64,000 nucleotides of DNA, taken from Octopus sinensis. Taxonomy: Eukaryota. Every line of letters begins with the position of its first letter. The first letter of the stretch is position 1. The translations under genes were made by a program, and so were the position numbers. Shown here one piece after another: positions 40,701 through 56,610 of this stretch. Below the pieces are notes generated by a model, which ran no database searches, was not told the DNA's origin, and saw nothing but the letters and a program-made list of their open reading frames with translations. The stretch spans positions 7,502,001 through 7,566,000 of the forward strand of contig NC_043018.1 in assembly GCF_006345805.1 (NCBI RefSeq), in the 5' to 3' direction.

Positions 40701-41562
40701 TTAGTGAGGAAGAAATGGAGCTGAACGAAGATTATACAAAATTCCTTTTTATTATTTTCTACATATGTTTCAAAGGCTGCAAATTCCCTAATTCGGATTG
40801 AATAAGGAGACCATTTTGCAGCTTTCTCTTCAGGAAAATCCAGGAACTTAAATCTCCAAACAAATGCGCAGCAAGCTTTTCGAACAAACGCTCCCTAGGA
40901 GCCCATGGTATGAATGGCACAAAACTGTCTCTCAATATGCGTTGACGTCAGGGTGGGTGAAAGCCGACGAAAAAGTCCGTTGAGATAATTCGAGGTCAAA
41001 ATCCGGTTAACATTGAGGAGGGGAAGAATTACAGAAAACCAAAGAGTGTGAATATATTCTGTATAACTAGTGTTAATATTCGAATTGTTTTAAGAATGAA
41101 AGCTATCGTATTTGGGTGTGAGAAACTACCTACATGTATGTGTGTGTGCGCCTATGTATGTGTGGCAGTATGTTTAGGAAGCAGCTAGGGAGAAATATAT
41201 TGCAGCTATTGATGGTCAAGCAGCTGATAAAAAATTCTTCCCCTCCTCAATGTTAACCGGATTTTGACCTCGAATTATCTCAACGGACTTTTTCGTCGGC
41301 TTTCACCCACCCTGACGTCAACGCATATTGAGAGACAGTTTTGTGCCATTCATACCATGGGCTCCTAGAGAGCGTTTGTCGAAAAGCTTGCTGCGCATTT
41401 GTTTGGAGATTTAAGTTCCTGGATTTTCCTGAAGAGAAAGCTGCAAAATGGTCTCCTTATTCAATCCGAATTAGGGAATTTGCAGCCTTTGAAACATATG
41501 TAGAAAATAATAAAAAGGAATTTTGTAAAATCTTCGTTCAGCTCCATTTCTTCCCTCACTAA
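40701..41562. mobile_element. 330-bp near-perfect inverted repeat (PLE-type), each arm with an intact hammerhead
   Basis: 40701-41030 is the reverse complement of 41233-41562; motifs at 40754-40839 (-) and 41423-41508 (+). Confidence 0.9.
41423..41508 (+). ncRNA. Type I hammerhead ribozyme, intact, long stem II
   Basis: ATTTTC-CTGAAGA-G-AAAG-CTGCAAA..TTTGCAG-C-CTTT-GAAA-CATATG-TA-GAAAAT. Confidence 0.85.
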
Positions 41563-41566
41563 ATAC

Positions 41567-41655
<89 letters not shown>

Positions 41656-41662
41656 CTACATA

Positions 41663-42612
41663 CAATATCTCTCAGAAGTATGTACACCCTAACATTTTTC
41701 AGTAAAATAATTGCCATTACTCCGATAATATCGAAGGAAATCAAACGAAAATTATACTGAATAAAACATATCAAACATGCAAACATTTTCTAAATTATGA
41801 ACGAAATATTAATTTCCAAATGATATAATGATATATACACCCTAAAGGATTATTTGCTATATTCAATATTTGGTGTGACAGCCCTTGGTTTCAATGGTTC
41901 AAACTTCGGCGAACTGTTTGGCCGATACACTCTTTCCACTAACAGAAGACACTTGATAATAATAATAACAATGAATAATGATGAAGCAGTACGACGCCTG
42001 TCGTCCATCTCACAAGGTTTGATGAGGCGAATATCACGCGCAGTTAAAACAGAAGGACGATCTGGACGATGTTTACTGCTTAGCCGTCCAGTAGCTTTGT
42101 ACTTCTGAATTACTTTAGCAACTGTATTTTCGCTCATATGTATTCGTTTGCTAATTAATTTGTATCCGAAACCATTCTTGTGCAAATTAAAAATAATTTT
42201 CTTCAAATCTTTGCCTTTTGGTACCATTTTAATCACAAGGAAAAAGATTTTTACACAAATCAGAATTCTTGCAGATGCAATAACAATGACCGGTGCAAAA
42301 ATGCCAGGAGAAATAATTTATTAGAATTGAAATTATCATTATCAGCAATATCTGAATTTAGAAAAAAAATGGATAAAATACTGAATATAGTAAATTTTCT
42401 TTAGGGTGTACATATTTTTGGAAAGTTTGAAAATTAATATTTCGTTCATATCTTTGAAAATGTTTATTGTTTTGTATTCCAAATTTGTATAATATTTACA
42501 TGTATAATACCTTTTATTCAATATAAATTTCGTTTGATTTCCTTCGATATTATCAGAGGAATGGCAATTTTACTGAATTTTTTAGAGGTGTATATAATGC
42601 TGTGAGATACTA
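41663..42612 (-). mobile_element. Internally deleted Tc1-like transposon (IR/DR-type long TIRs)
   Basis: ~190-bp TIRs with TA flanks and repeated TACACCC motif; N-terminal HTH (GFGYKLISKRIHMSENTVAKVIQKYK..RP) joined to C-terminal LVE..KGCHTKY-like end; DDE core missing. Confidence 0.85.
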
Positions 42613-42630
42613 TAGGTTGGTATATATATA

Positions 42631-42680
<50 letters not shown>

Positions 42681-42698
42681 TAATATATATATATATAG

Positions 42699-42741
<43 letters not shown>

Positions 42742-43064
42742 ATATATATAATATATATAATTACTGTCATAGCCATTTCCTGAGTGGCTTAGACAATACG
42801 TCATCTTGCATTATTGAGTAAATGAACACGTCTTTACTACTGACCAGTAATGGGCTCTTTTTCGGCCAATTTTTGCGCAATACTTTCAATTGACAACAAC
42901 ACTATTTTGTATTGATCGTTTTCTTTTGGTTTAACACATCGTGATAAACGACACCCTTCATATCTCATCAAACACAGAGTATAACTTTTATCGAGTGCAG
43001 TCCTTGTTTGAGATGGGATCACCTTTTTCGTTGGGTGTTAGCCATTATCATTTTCGTAGTGGAG

Positions 43065-43310
43065 ACATGTGGATTAGTGGTTATGCGGCTGGATTCATGA
43101 TTGTAAGATTGTGGTTTCCATTCCTGGACCAGGCGACGCGCTGTGCTCTTGAGCAACACACTTCATTTCACATTGCTCAAGTCCACTCAGCTGGCGAAAA
43201 TGAGTAATCCGGTGACGGGCCGACGTCCCGTCTAGGTGGTGAATATACGCTCCCTGAAACCAGGAAACCGGCCCTTATGAGTCGGTATGACACGAAAAGG
43301 TAACTTTACT
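43065..43310 (+). mobile_element. SINE S2 copy
   Basis: Homology to 12897-13160. Confidence 0.85.
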
Positions 43311-43515
43311 TTATTGTCGTTTTTGTTGGATAGGATCGTAGAGAACTCGCTTTTTATCCTTTCTGATGATTCTACCCAGCAAGACGAGGTCCCATGAACT
43401 GGGACCAAGGAATTCAACGACGAAATCCAAAGGTCTGGACTGGATTCTCGGCAGATCGATGTAATTCCTATCTGAGTCAGCATACTATATCGCGTGTGCC
43501 GCAAAACAATGAGCC

Positions 43516-43620
43516 GGAGCCATAGTTTTGGAGTCTGGAGCCATAGTTTTGGAGTCTGGGGCCAGAATTTTGTAGTCTGGAGCCATAGTTTTGGAGTCTG
43601 GAGCCATAGTTTTGGAGCCT
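43516..43620. repeat. 21-bp minisatellite x5 (GGAGCCATAGTTTTGGAGTCT)
   Basis: Direct inspection; third unit diverged. Confidence 0.95.
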
Positions 43621-43697
43621 GTCAAGCTGTCGTCTACCTTAAAGAAACTCACGCCAAAGGTTCATTTCAGAGACAGAATAAATGTGTGTGTGTGTGC

Positions 43698-43737
<40 letters not shown>

Positions 43738-43937
43738 AAACAGAGAGAAAACAGAGAGAAAGCGTGAGTGATAGAGAGTAAACAAGAAAATGTTTGTGAG
43801 GAAGGAGCAGAGTGGTGGGAGTAAGGGACGGAGAGCATGTGTGAGAGAGAAACAGAGAGTGTGACTGTCACGGCGAGAGCAATAAGATATAGATATGTAA
43901 TAGAAATACTTATCTCCTATATTAAAAAATAAAACTT

Positions 43938-44245
43938 GGGCATGTGGCCCAATGGTTAAGCCCAAGGGCTACTAACCCCATGATTCTGCGTTCGATTCCA
44001 GGTAGTGACCTGAATAATAATAATAATAATAACAACAATAATAATAATAACAATAATAACAATAACAACAACAACAATAATAACAATAATAACAATAACA
44101 ACAACAACAACAAATAGCTTAGGAATGAGAACCCAGGTTCGAAATTTCCCCAAGACACCTGGAAGGTGTTAACAACAAACAAGGTGAGGACAAATATCCG
44201 TCAAATGTAAATAATGTACATAAATTGTCTCTTAATATAGAACTG
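43938..44245 (+). mobile_element. tRNA-head SINE with internal (AAT/AAC)n
   Basis: TGGCCCAATGG A-box, GTTCGATTCC B-box (43990-43999), then microsatellite and unique tail. Confidence 0.6.
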
Positions 44246-44271
44246 TAAAACTGGATTTATTCAGACAAGTG

Positions 44272-44302
<31 letters not shown>

Positions 44303-45024
44303 TGTGTGTATGTATGTATGTATGTATTATGTATGTATGTATGTATGTATGTATTATGTATGTATGTATGTATGTATGTATGTATGTATGTATGTAGTAG
44401 TATGTATGTATGTATGTATGTATGTATGTATGTAGGTAGGTAGGTAGGTAGGAAGGTAGGTAGGTAGGTAGGTATGTGTGCATGTGTGTACGTGCGTGTG
44501 TGTGTGTGTGTACACATATCTATATTCAACAGAGTTTCACTAAGATTCTACTTACTAAATTTCTTTCCCAAAGGGTTTGATCAACCCGAAATTACAAAAG
44601 AAAGTCCATCGCCTTCCTATCTGCCGCTGCGCTTTGTGAACGCATCCACCATCACTTCCTTGTATAACGAACACTTTAACCACAACAGCATTCTAGGATA
44701 GAAGCAGCATTCGATATTTATGACAAGAGTTAATCCCGAGATTATGAATAATTACAAATTATAGATTAACGATTAAGAATTTGAATATAAATTACACGAA
44801 ACGTTTCTAAACGTTTATCTTAACTGCTTGCCTAATTTATATTTATTATTTGAACTGTTAGTGTATAAATTAAAATTATTCATATTGCTGGGATTAATTC
44901 TACTCATAAATATAGCAATGGTACTTAACAGATGAATATTTTAAGCAGAAGTAGAATGACCAACAACTGGTGATTAAGCGATTACGAAAATATTTGTGAT
45001 TCATTGTATGATATGCAATGAGTT

Positions 45025-45430
45025 AGAACTGTTGCTGTTGCTATTGAGCGAAGCGGTCTTCGTCCCAGAGATCGCAAGATCGCGCCTCTGTAGCAGGAGA
45101 AGTCCGAAACGTGGTCCTTTGCTATTCGTAAGACCCCGCAGAAGAGAAAGCAGGTCAACCCTCGACACCGAGAGTATCGACGGATGGATGAATGCGCATC
45201 CAGGCTCAGCGGTTGCGTAGGAAGTCGGGGACAAGAAGCAGAAAGAAAGAGTGAGAGAAAGTTGGGGCGAAAGAGTACAACAGGGGTCGCCACCGCCCCC
45301 TGCCGGAGCCTCGTGGAGCTTTAGGTGTTTTCGCTCAATAAACACACACAACGCCCGGTCTGGGAATCGAAACCGCGATCCTCCGACCGCGAGTCCGTTG
45401 CCCTAACTATTGGGTCATTGCGCCTCCGCT
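45025..45430 (-). mobile_element. tRNA-derived SINE family S4 with (CAACAG)n tail
   Basis: Head GGAGGCGCAATGACCCAATAGTTAGGG..GGTTTCGATTCCC; ACTGTTGCTGT on both flanks (possible TSD). Confidence 0.75.
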
Positions 45431-46728
45431 ACTGTTGCTGTCGAAGGCGTTTGGCTCAGTGGTTAGAGTATCCGGCTCACGAATGTAAGGCCATGAGTTC
45501 GATTCTAGGTGAAGTGTTGTATACTTGAGCGAGACACTTTATTTCTTGTTACTCCAGTCTGTGACCTTTGAATGCAGAGAAGTAGCAGCCCAACCATGAG
45601 AGACTCCCTGATCTCCAGGTTACGCTCCCTGTCGAGCAACGTTACCCTAGAGATCCTTAGAAGAAACACTATTTCGGCTGCTGGTATTCACGTTAGCACT
45701 CCAAAATATGCCTATTAAGCGTAAAAGTGAGCTTCCTGCTAGAAGTGCAAATATATATATATATAAAAAATAAGAAATCCAAGAATATAAGCAATCGATT
45801 TCGAAACACAATGAATGTTAAAAACTCAGCAGGAAAAAGGCAAATTTATTTTAGTAATTACAAATGATTTTAATTCGTTCCAGTCGATTGTTCCTGTCAT
45901 TCTAAAATATAAGCGCAGTGTGTGTAGGGCTATTTGCAGCCGTTAAATCTCTGCAATTATCGCCAAACAAAAGATCTGGGTAATTGAGGAAATGGAAAAT
46001 TTTGTTAGTTTCACGGATGAAGGACTAAATTTTAAAAAGAAATATCACATTTTTGTTTTCTTTTTTATCTATTTCGAAACGTTGAAATAACACAGCTATG
46101 ATCCAGCAAATGCATAAAATTTTGTAGCCGGACATGGATGGGTTTTGCTGTTTCAAAAAAAAAAAAAAGCATAACAGTTTCTCCAATGTAAAAGTGGCGA
46201 GGCAGCAGGTGTCGATGAAGGTAATGCGAGGTGTTTAACAAATGATGCATAACACTGGTTTCAAATTTTGGCACAAGGCCAGCACTATCTTTAAAGTACA
46301 GATGGGACCCTGATGAGTAGTACCATTGCGTGTCAAAATGGACCTGGAAGTAATGGTTACTAATGGATGGCACAATGCTCCCCACATCCTCAGAACTCAT
46401 GAACTGGAATCTCAACAACAGATGTAGTTTTAATGTCATACTCGGGACGGTCGAAAACACACACACACACACACACACAATTCATAATGAATTGACCCTT
46501 TCTCGTCTATACAAAAAGGCAACGATAAATAGATAGATAGACAGACAAACAGACTGAGAGATAGATAGACATACATAAATACATACATACATACATACAT
46601 ACAGACAGACAAACAGACAGACAGACAGATAGAGAGAGAGAGGAAAAGAGAGAGAGAGAGAGAGAGAGAGAGATAGTTAGATAACTTTCTTTATATACAC
46701 AGACAGGCCGGCAGATAGACTGACAGTC

Positions 46729-46771
<43 letters not shown>

Positions 46772-46776
46772 TAGAG

Positions 46777-46823
<47 letters not shown>

Positions 46824-46828
46824 CAGAC

Positions 46829-46882
<54 letters not shown>

Positions 46883-46886
<4 letters not shown>

Positions 46887-47002
46887 AATACAGTGTACAT
46901 TTAAACACATTAAGAGGTATCCGTCATCGGACGTTCCTCCTAGCGTAAGGGAGTCCGATGATGGATACTTCTTAACGTGGTTAAATGTACACTGTATTTT
47001 AT
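46883..47002. repeat. ~120-nt near-perfect hairpin (fold-back MITE-like)
   Basis: ~50-bp stem ATAAAATACAGTGTACATTTAA..TCATCGGAC / GTCCGATGA..TTAAATGTACACTGTATTTTAT. Confidence 0.9.
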
Positions 47003-47047
47003 ATGAATAATATATAGTCTATTGACTAATTTTTCTATACGCTAGGC

Positions 47048-47266
47048 CAGTGCTTTTCAAACCTTTTGCTGGAGCGGAACCCCAAGGAAACATTCCACTG
47101 GCTCGAGGAACCCCTGTGCAATAATTTAATAGTCTTATGCATACATATCTGCATAGGAGAATTAAAAATTACTGCCGATTTTAGCAGTTTTGTAACTTCT
47201 TGCGGAACCCCTGGACTGTACTGGCGGAACCCTAAGGTTCCGCGGAACCCTGGTTGAATACCACTG
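47048..47266. mobile_element. hAT (Charlie-type) MITE
   Basis: TIRs CAGTGCTTTTCAAAC / GGTTGAATACCACTG; 8-bp TSD CGCTAGGC (47040-47047, 47267-47274). Confidence 0.92.
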
Positions 47267-47341
47267 CGCTAGGCCACTGGTAGTAAACACTCTAAAATCT
47301 TTATTACCCTGATATTATTAATTATGTAGATAGATATAAAA

Positions 47342-47398
<57 letters not shown>

Positions 47399-47406
47399 TA
47401 GAGGAG

Positions 47407-47506
47407 NNNNNNNNNNNNNNNNNNNNNNNNNNNNNNNNNNNNNNNNNNNNNNNNNNNNNNNNNNNNNNNNNNNNNNNNNNNNNNNNNNNNNNNNNNNNNN
47501 NNNNNN
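47407..47506. other. Assembly gap (100 N)
   Basis: N run. Confidence 1.
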
Positions 47507-48071
47507 CCTCTCTTCCTCCCAGTCTCTTTTCTCTCACCCTCTTTTTCTTTCTGCCTCCATCAAGTTTTCTTCTGTTACTCTCTCTCTCCCTCTCTCCCTT
47601 TCTTTCTCTCTCTCTCTCTTTCTCTTTATCTCCATCTCCCTCCCTATCAATAGACCTATCTATAATAAAGTAACTCCCACCACGACACTATCTCCTCCTA
47701 CACCCCCATCTACCCTAAACTAAAAGACTGTTTTCGCTCTTTTGTTTTAATATTGTCTTAAGCGGTTTCTTCTCCACACCACGTCTCTCTTCGCCCGTCT
47801 CCTTCCCTCTTTCTCTCTCACTCGCGCACACGCGAACACACACTTTTCTAAACCGTACAACACTTCACCACATTGCACACTAAACGACTCTCAGTGTGTG
47901 TATGTGTGTGTGTGTATGTGTGTGTGTATGTGTGTGTGTGTGTATGTGTGTGTGTATGTGTGTGTGTGTGTATGTGTGTGTGTATGTGTGTGTGCTAGTC
48001 GAGTGTATGTATGCATGCATATCTAGAGAGAGAGCGAGAGAGAGAGAGAGAGAGCGAGAGCGAGAGAGAGC

Positions 48072-48103
<32 letters not shown>

Positions 48104-48193
48104 GAAAGGCAGTGAGATACAGTTAGAGAGAGACAGAGACTTTCATACATTCATACATGTATGCACACATAAACGCCAACTGATATATGTATG

Positions 48194-48269
<76 letters not shown>

Positions 48270-48713
48270 GACAGAGAAAGAGAAAGAGAGACAGAGACAC
48301 AGTTTTTGAGAGAGAGAGGGGGGAAAGAGAAAGACTTCTTTTTGTTTTCGCATACGTCCATAGAGCTACACATAGTCGGCCAGTGTGATTGGTCTAGAAA
48401 TTAGAAGTGTTAATTTGTAGAGAATTAAATGTTCGCAGTGGTTCGGGGTGGGGTGGGGTGGGGTGGTGCGTAAGTGATGTAGTGCGGGGTGTAGTGCGAT
48501 GAGGTCTGGTGGTTAATGGTCGACCGTAATGACATTAATAGTAACAATGACAGCAGCAGCAGCAGCAGTACAAGTAGTAGTAGTAGTAGTAGAAGTAGTA
48601 GTAGCTGTTGTTGTTGTTGTAGCAGTAGCAGCCGCAGCAGCAATAGTAGTGTTAGTTATAGTAGTGATGGTGGTGGTGGTGGTGGTGGTGGTGGTGGTAG
48701 TAGTAATAGTAGC

Positions 48714-48771
<58 letters not shown>

Positions 48772-48774
48772 AGC

Positions 48775-48985
48775 GGCGAGCTGCCAGAAACGTTAGCACG
48801 CCGGACGAAATGCGTAGCTGTATTTCGTTTTTCGTTACATTCTGAGTTCAAATTCCGCCGAGGTCGACTTTGCCTTTCATCCTTTCGGGGTCGATAAATT
48901 AAGTACCAGTTACGCACAGGGGTCGATGTAATCGACATAATCCCTTTGTCTTTGTTTGTCCTCTCTATGTTTAGCCCATTGTGGG
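48775..48985 (+). mobile_element. Full-length SINE S3 monomer between (GTA)n tracts
   Basis: GGCGAGCTGCCAGAAACGTTAGCA head, GTTCAAATTCC B-box, TGTGGGCAATAACGAATAAG end. Confidence 0.9.
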
Positions 48986-49004
48986 CAATAACGAATAAGT
49001 AGTG

Positions 49005-49069
<65 letters not shown>

Positions 49070-49109
49070 GGTGGTGGTAGTGGTGGTGGTGGTGGTGGTG
49101 GTGGTGGTG

Positions 49110-49174
<65 letters not shown>

Positions 49175-50143
49175 TACAGCAGCAACACTAACACCAACAA
49201 GAGCAGCAACTACACGAACATTAAGGTACGTGTCTGACCTGTTGAAAATAGCAGCAAAATCTCCCTCAAATCATGAACTACCGTTTAAAGATGAAGGAGA
49301 CGTAGGAGAGATATGTAGAGTTTGATGTGTAAAATACAGACGGAATGGTCATGAATGGAAATTCTTTGACCATAATGCTGTTCGATGAGGGTTCACTATT
49401 AACAACAGCAACATGGTGGCGAGCTGGAAGAATCAATAGCATGCCGGACAAAATGTTTAGCGGCGTTTCTTCCGTCTTCATGTTCGGAGTTCAAATCCTG
49501 CCGAGTTCGAGTTTACGTTTCATCCTTCCGGGGTCGATAAAATAAGAACCAGTGCAGTGGGGATAAATTTAATCGATTTACTCCTTGTCGCGAAATTGCT
49601 GGCCGTGTGCCAAAATTTGAAACCAATATTAACAACAACAACAATGGTACCAACGATGAAACCTCAACGCCGTTGAGTGACCTGTTAGATGTAGCTATTA
49701 AACCCCGCTAATAGGACAGCTTTCCGTTCAGAACCAAAAGAAAAGCAGAGGAACGACCTTGTAATATATGCATCAGGGAATTTTGTCAGGGAACAGGTCG
49801 CGGTTTCAAACCGACGAAAATATTTTGACAAATTGAATTTAAATTTTGAAGTGAATCTTCGGCGGCAGCAGCAGCAGCAACAGCAACAACAACAACAACA
49901 ACAGTAATAATAATAATAATAATAATAATAATGTTGATGATGATGATGATAATCCTTTCTACAATAGGCACGAAACCTGAAATTTAGTGGGAGGCGGGGA
50001 TTAGTCGATTAAATCGACCCCTGTGTTTCACCGGTGCTTAATTTATCGACCGCGAAAGGACCAAAGGCAAGGTCGACCTCGGCGGAATTTGAACTCAGAA
50101 CGTAGCGGCAGACGAAATACCGCTACGGAGACCTGACATTGTT

Positions 50144-51253
50144 ATTTCTTTTTTTTTTTTATTGCCCACAAGGGGTTAAACATAGAGGGAACAAACAAGG
50201 ACAGACAAACGGATTAAGTCGATTACATCGACCCCAGTGCGTAACTGGTACTTAATTTATCAACCCCGAAAGGATGAAAGGCAAAGTCGACCTCGGCGGA
50301 ATTTGAACTCAGAACGTAGCGGCGGACGAAATACCTATTTCTTTACTACCCACAAGGGGCTAAGCACAGAGAGGACAAACAAGGACAGACAAAGGGATTA
50401 AGTCGATTACATCGACCCCAGTGCGTAACTGGTACTTAATTTATCGACCCCGAAAGGATGAAAGGCAAAGTCGACCTCGGCGGAATTTGAACTCAGAACG
50501 TAGCGGCAGACGAAATACCTATTTCTTTACTACCCACAAGGAGCTAAACACAGAGAGGACAAACAAGGACAGACAGACGGATTAAGTCGATTACATCGAC
50601 CCCAGTGCGTAACTGGTACTTATTTATCGACCCCGAAAGGATGAAGGCAAAGTCGACCTCGGCGGAATTTGAACTCAGAACGTAGCGGCGGACGAAATAC
50701 CTATTTCTTTACTACCCACAAGGGGCTAAGCACAGAGAGGACAAACAAGGACAGACAAAGGGATTAAGTCGATTACATCGACCCCAGTGCGTAACTGGTA
50801 CTTAATTTATCGACCCCGAAAGGATGAAAGGCAAAGTCGACCTCGGCGGAATTTGAACTCAGAACGTAGCGGCAGACGAAATACCTATTTCTTTACTACC
50901 CACAAGGAGCTAAACACAGAGAGGACAAACAAGGACAGACAGACGGATTAAGTCGATTACATCGACCCCAGTGCGTAACTGGTACTTAATTTATCGACCC
51001 CGAAAGGATGAAGGGCAAAGTCGACCTCGGCGGATTTTGAACTCAGAACGTAGCGGCAGACGAAATACCTATTTCTTTACTACCCACAAGGAGCTAAACA
51101 CAGAGAGGACAAACAAGGACAGACAGACGGATTAAGTCGATTACATCGACCCCAGTGCGTAACTGGTACTTAATTTATCGACCCCGAAAGGGTGAAAGGC
51201 AAAGTCGACCTCGGCGGAATTTGAACTCAGAACGTAGCGGCAGACGAAATACC
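50144..51253 (-). repeat. Tandem array of six ~184-bp headless SINE S3 units
   Basis: Junction GAAATACC|TATTTCTTTAC at 50336, 50520, 50702, 50886, 51070. Confidence 0.95.
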
Positions 51254-51259
51254 GCTACG

Positions 51260-51660
51260 GAGACCTGACATTGTTGATAAAATGACGAAGGAAACCAAGA
51301 TCATAGACGTTGCCATACCCGAGGATGTAGGAGTGGATGATAAAGAACTAGAAAAGAATGAGAAGTACAAGCCATCGGAGGATGAGATTTGCACGAATGT
51401 GGGCAATGAAGAGGGTCCTGGAAGAATTAACAGCCGGGTTTGGGAAATTTGTGAGAGGAACTGGGATTGACATGAGGATAGAACATGCTTAGAAGACTGC
51501 TTTATTTGGGACAACGATGATTTTGAGATTGGTGCTTTGATGTTAAATATCGTTGAAAGAAACTCTGTGAGGCTCTTGATAAGGGGTTGCTGTCCATTCT
51601 CGCAGAATTAGCCGGAACAAGTGAAGTCGAGAGCTGTGGGGAGGTAAATGACAATAATAA
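51260..51660 (+). pseudogene. REL-endonuclease LINE 3' fragment (R4/Dong-like, family A)
   Basis: RPDIVDK..IIDVAIP..EKNEKY; ends in (AAT)n. Confidence 0.8.
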
Positions 51661-51713
51661 TAAAAATTTAAATATTAATAATAATAATAATGATGATGAT
51701 GATGATAATAATA

Positions 51714-51748
<35 letters not shown>

Positions 51749-51844
51749 AGTAATAATGATGATGATGATGATGATGATGATGACGACGACGACGATGATG
51801 ATGATGATAATAATAATAATAATATTAATAATAATAATAATAAT

Positions 51845-52401
51845 AACGACCACATCTCACTCCTCTGGAACTTCCCCATTCAAACTGACAGAAAGATAGA
51901 TGCAAATAAGCCAGACATCATATTGAAAGACTTCAGACAAAGAACATGCCTCCTCATTGATATGACTGTCCCAATCGATATAAACGTATCTGTCAAGACC
52001 TACCAAAAACTGAGCAAATATAAAAATCTTGAAATAGAAATCAGCAAAATGTGGAATATGAAGACTAAAACAATACCTGTAGTCATAGGTTCTCTGGCAA
52101 TGATAGCAAAAGGGGCTGATTGCTACCTAACTCAGATACCAGGAAACCCCAAAATGGCAGAAATTCAAAAGATAGTGCTCATGGGAACTGCTCATATCCT
52201 TCGCAAAATACTTTCTATGTTATCTCAAGGTTTAAAACATATTTTTTTTTTAGACATCTACTAGTACAACACCAAAAAAAACAACCAAATATATGGCTCA
52301 CTAGGCATAACAACAACGTGAACTTCCAACCTGTTGTCTCTTGAGGTCTCTAGGTGAGACTTGGGGCCAACTTGTACCAATATATAGCAAAAGTCAAACA
52401 T
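51845..52401 (+). pseudogene. R4/Dong 3' fragment (family B) between AAT tracts
   Basis: LLWNFPIQTDRKIDANKPDII..LIDMTVP..KLSKYKNLEIEISKMW. Confidence 0.9.
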
Positions 52402-52420
52402 ATAATAATAATAATAATAA

Positions 52421-52480
<60 letters not shown>

Positions 52481-52511
52481 TAATAATAATAATATAATAA
52501 TAATAATAATA

Positions 52512-52558
<47 letters not shown>

Positions 52559-52590
52559 TAATAATAAATAATAATAATAATAATAATAAT

Positions 52591-55822
<3,232 letters not shown>

Positions 55823-56494
55823 AGGATCATCCTTAACATCATCAACTCCAGCGTTGCCTGAAGATCCTCTTTACAACCAGAAACCGCCTTATCCAACAAG
55901 TGAATAGAACTTAATTGATTGAAAAGGGGGAACGACCAACACCGCAAGACCGCCAACTGCACCAACAGCACCACCACTAACTATCACCACCGACATCTTC
56001 CTCAGTACCACAACAACCGCTACTACCACCGTTATCACTACTGCACCCTCAACCGCGATCCATCAAATTGTGTAAGGAGAAGAGTTCCTCACCATTAATT
56101 TTTTCCCCTACCCGCCGCCGCCTCATCAACCACAAATACCCGCATCCATGATACACCAGGGTTGAAGAGATGTCTTGCTTGTATTGTTCGTATTCTTACT
56201 GTTGTTGCCATGGCTGTTGTTGTTGGTGGTGGTGGTGGGTGATAGTTGCGTCCTCTTAATTTCTTCCGCGGATGACAGGAAGTGATTTGCGAAAAACAGG
56301 ATTAAAATGGCGGCTCTCTTTTATATCATTCACCACTGGAGAATGTAAACGTATGCGTGTGTACGTGTGTGTCTATATGTGTTTCTGTCCGTGTATCTCT
56401 CTCTCTCTCCTTCTCTCCCTTTCTCTCTCACTACACACACACACACACACACACATATCTATATCAGGAATCTTGCAAAACAAGAATATAAACA

Positions 56495-56543
<49 letters not shown>

Positions 56544-56610
56544 GTGTGTGTGTATGATGTTATACATATTCACACATACATATATGATATATATATATAT
56601 ATAGATGAAT

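Noticed and set aside
43358-43433. CCTTT-CTGATGA...GAAATCC-AAAGG hammerhead look-alike
   Set aside because: Stem II does not close next to the core and there is no UH site with a stem III; plausible by chance
43494-43781. ORF with WSHSFGV heptad repeats
   Set aside because: Product of a 21-bp minisatellite plus (GA)n; no coding evidence
46305-46365. CTGATGA followed by a stem
   Set aside because: No GAAA after stem II
50144-51253. Array superficially like CRISPR or an rDNA/snRNA tandem
   Set aside because: No unique spacers, eukaryotic context, and the units are homologous to dispersed SINE S3 copies
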